In this document: positions 62,728-64,000 of the stretch, piece by piece
Position numbering within the stretch: position 1 is the stretch's first letter
How the letters are laid out: each line of letters begins with the position of its first letter
Origin: an uncultured Acidobacteriota bacterium
Lineage (GTDB): Bacteria > Acidobacteriota > Vicinamibacteria > Vicinamibacterales > SCN-69-37
NCBI GenBank assembly: GCA_963730485.1
Contig: CAVSRY010000011.1
Span: 47,059 to 111,058, forward strand
Reading direction: 5' to 3'
Length of the DNA: 64,000 bases
The notes under the pieces: model-generated
The model's input: the letters and a program-made list of their open reading frames with translations, nothing else
The model's database searches: none
Told to the model about the DNA's origin: nothing
Made by a program: the position numbers and the translations under genes

Positions 62728-62896
62728 GGCTCGAGGTCGCCGACGACCGACGACCCGGAGTGTCCCTGTATAATCCCCGCGTCCGCATGCAACGCTCGCC
62801 AGCTGCGCGCCTCGGTCCCTGCGAGGTCGCCGCTCCCCTCGGCGCCGACGGCATGGGCGCCTCTGGGCATCGCGAGCGAGCGACGCGAATCGAGCG

Positions 62897-64000
62897 ATGG
62901 CGCGTGGCGGTGGACCTCCACGCGCCGTGACGGAAAGCCTGTCCCGACCGATCGCCGCGCTTGCCGGGCTCTGGGCCCTCGGAATCACCCAGCCGCTTCT
63001 TGATGCTCTTCGGCGTGCGCCGGAGTTCTTCGTCGCGCATCGCGCCGACGCGTCCGACGCCATCCTCGTGGCGGCGGTCCTGACATTCGCCGGGCCGGTC
63101 ATCCTCGCGGCCGTCGTGCTGGCGGCCCGTGCCATGCACGAGACGCTCGTCGGCCCAGTCGCGGCTGCGCTCGTCGGTGTTCTGGGCGCGATCGTCGTCG
63201 TCCAGGTGGCGTACCGGCTCGGGGTCAATGGGTGGGTGGGTTCGTCGGTCGTGACGATCCTCGCGATCGGCGCGTTCGCCGTCGCGTGGCTCCGGCTGCG
63301 CGCGTTCCGGATGTTCGTGCTGGTGTTGTCGCCTGCGGCGATTGTCGTGCCCGTCGTGTTCCTGCTCAGCGCGCTGCCCGCGGTCTCGAGTGGCAGCGCC
63401 GGGCAGACAGCCGCAGCGGCGCCGTTGCGCATGACGCCGGTCGTCGTCATCGTGTTTGACGAACTTTCTTCCGTGTCGCTCATGGATCGGGCGGGGCGGA
63501 TCAATTCTTCACGGTATCCGAACCTCTCGGCCCTGGCCGCCGACGGCGTCTGGTACCGCAACGCGACCGCCGTGAGCGACTACACGCGCTGGGCCCTGCC
63601 GCCGATCCTGACCGGGCGGTATCCGGTCAGCGGCAGCACGCCGACGCCGAGCCATCATCCCGATACGCTGTTTTCGCTCCTCAGCCGGAGCCATCGGCTC
63701 GAGGTCGTCGAGCAGGTGACGTCGCTTTGTCCGCGACAACTCTGCGACGATACGCCCGCACCGCGATGGGACCGGTGGAGGGCGATGGCCGGCGATCTTT
63801 CAGTCGTGACGGCCCATCTGATCCTGCCGCCTGCCGCCCGCGGGGACCTGCCGGATCTCACCGCCAACTGGGCGAACTTCGACGACGGCCCGGACGCCGG
63901 CGACGACAGGCTGGGTGACAGCGATGAAATGTCCGGCCCGCGCGTGATCCGCCCGGTGCGGAACTGGCGAGAGCACTGGCGCCGCGCCATCCGAGCGGAT
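62897..64000 (+). CDS. membrane-anchored sulfatase / alkaline-phosphatase-superfamily protein (LTA-synthase-like); 3' end outside the window
   Basis: Absent from the ORF track because there is no stop before the window end. Several TM segments, then PVVVIVFDELSSVSL and YPNLSALAADGVWYRNA..DYTRWALPPILTG. Confidence 0.55.
   Translation, partial: MARGGGPPRAVTESLSRPIAALAGLWALGITQPLLDALRRAPEFFVAHRADASDAILVAAVLTFAGPVILAAVVLAARAMHETLVGPVAAALVGVLGAIVVVQVAYRLGVNGWVGSSVVTILAIGAFAVAWLRLRAFRMFVLVLSPAAIVVPVVFLLSALPAVSSGSAGQTAAAAPLRMTPVVVIVFDELSSVSLMDRAGRINSSRYPNLSALAADGVWYRNATAVSDYTRWALPPILTGRYPVSGSTPTPSHHPDTLFSLLSRSHRLEVVEQVTSLCPRQLCDDTPAPRWDRWRAMAGDLSVVTAHLILPPAARGDLPDLTANWANFDDGPDAGDDRLGDSDEMSGPRVIRPVRNWREHWRRAIRAD

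Noticed and set aside
62503-63561. 352-aa minus-strand ORF
   Set aside because: It is antisense to an open plus-strand frame running off the window end. That plus frame reads as TM segments plus a sulfatase-like domain. The minus-strand ORF is A/R/T/S-rich low complexity.

Overview
High-GC bacterial chromosomal window. Gene content suggests a soil Acidobacteriota-like organism, but that is inference only. I read about 70 protein-coding loci and found no rRNA, tRNA, CRISPR, transposase, integrase or prophage genes. Left to right: (a) peptidase, rhomboid and FHA-GAF-PP2C signalling genes. (b) gltA-yacG, followed by a phosphate/polyphosphate block: phoU-pstB, glpQ, two Tmk-like P-loop paralogs, ppx/gppA, a CHAD protein, sixA and glgC. 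(c) An envelope glycosyltransferase cluster. (d) A second phosphate block: OmpR-type regulator, DUF47-pit, rfbC-rfbA, a PhoR/PhoB-like pair and an MFS transporter. (e) An imuA-imuB-dnaE2 mutagenesis cassette. (f) LuxR regulator, PilZ, BON, SET-domain protein, a nucleotide-sugar dehydrogenase and msrPQ. (g) A stand-alone Tes/GDGT-MAS-like radical SAM gene. (h) A block of small-molecule enzymes. Three features dominate. First, most intergenic gaps and several coding regions carry inverted arrays of degenerate 7-nt tandem units. The architecture is conserved between loci but the unit sequence is not. Second, imuB, dnaE2 and a GT2 gene are interrupted by these arrays and by two other small palindromic element families. 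Third, there is roughly one reading-frame break per kb. About 40 loci can only be read as full-length homologues by joining ORF-track fragments in different frames. I cannot tell from sequence alone whether this is assembly indel error or real gene decay. Coordinates for frame-broken genes are homology-guided spans. They are typed pseudogene only in the sense of frame-disrupted as given.
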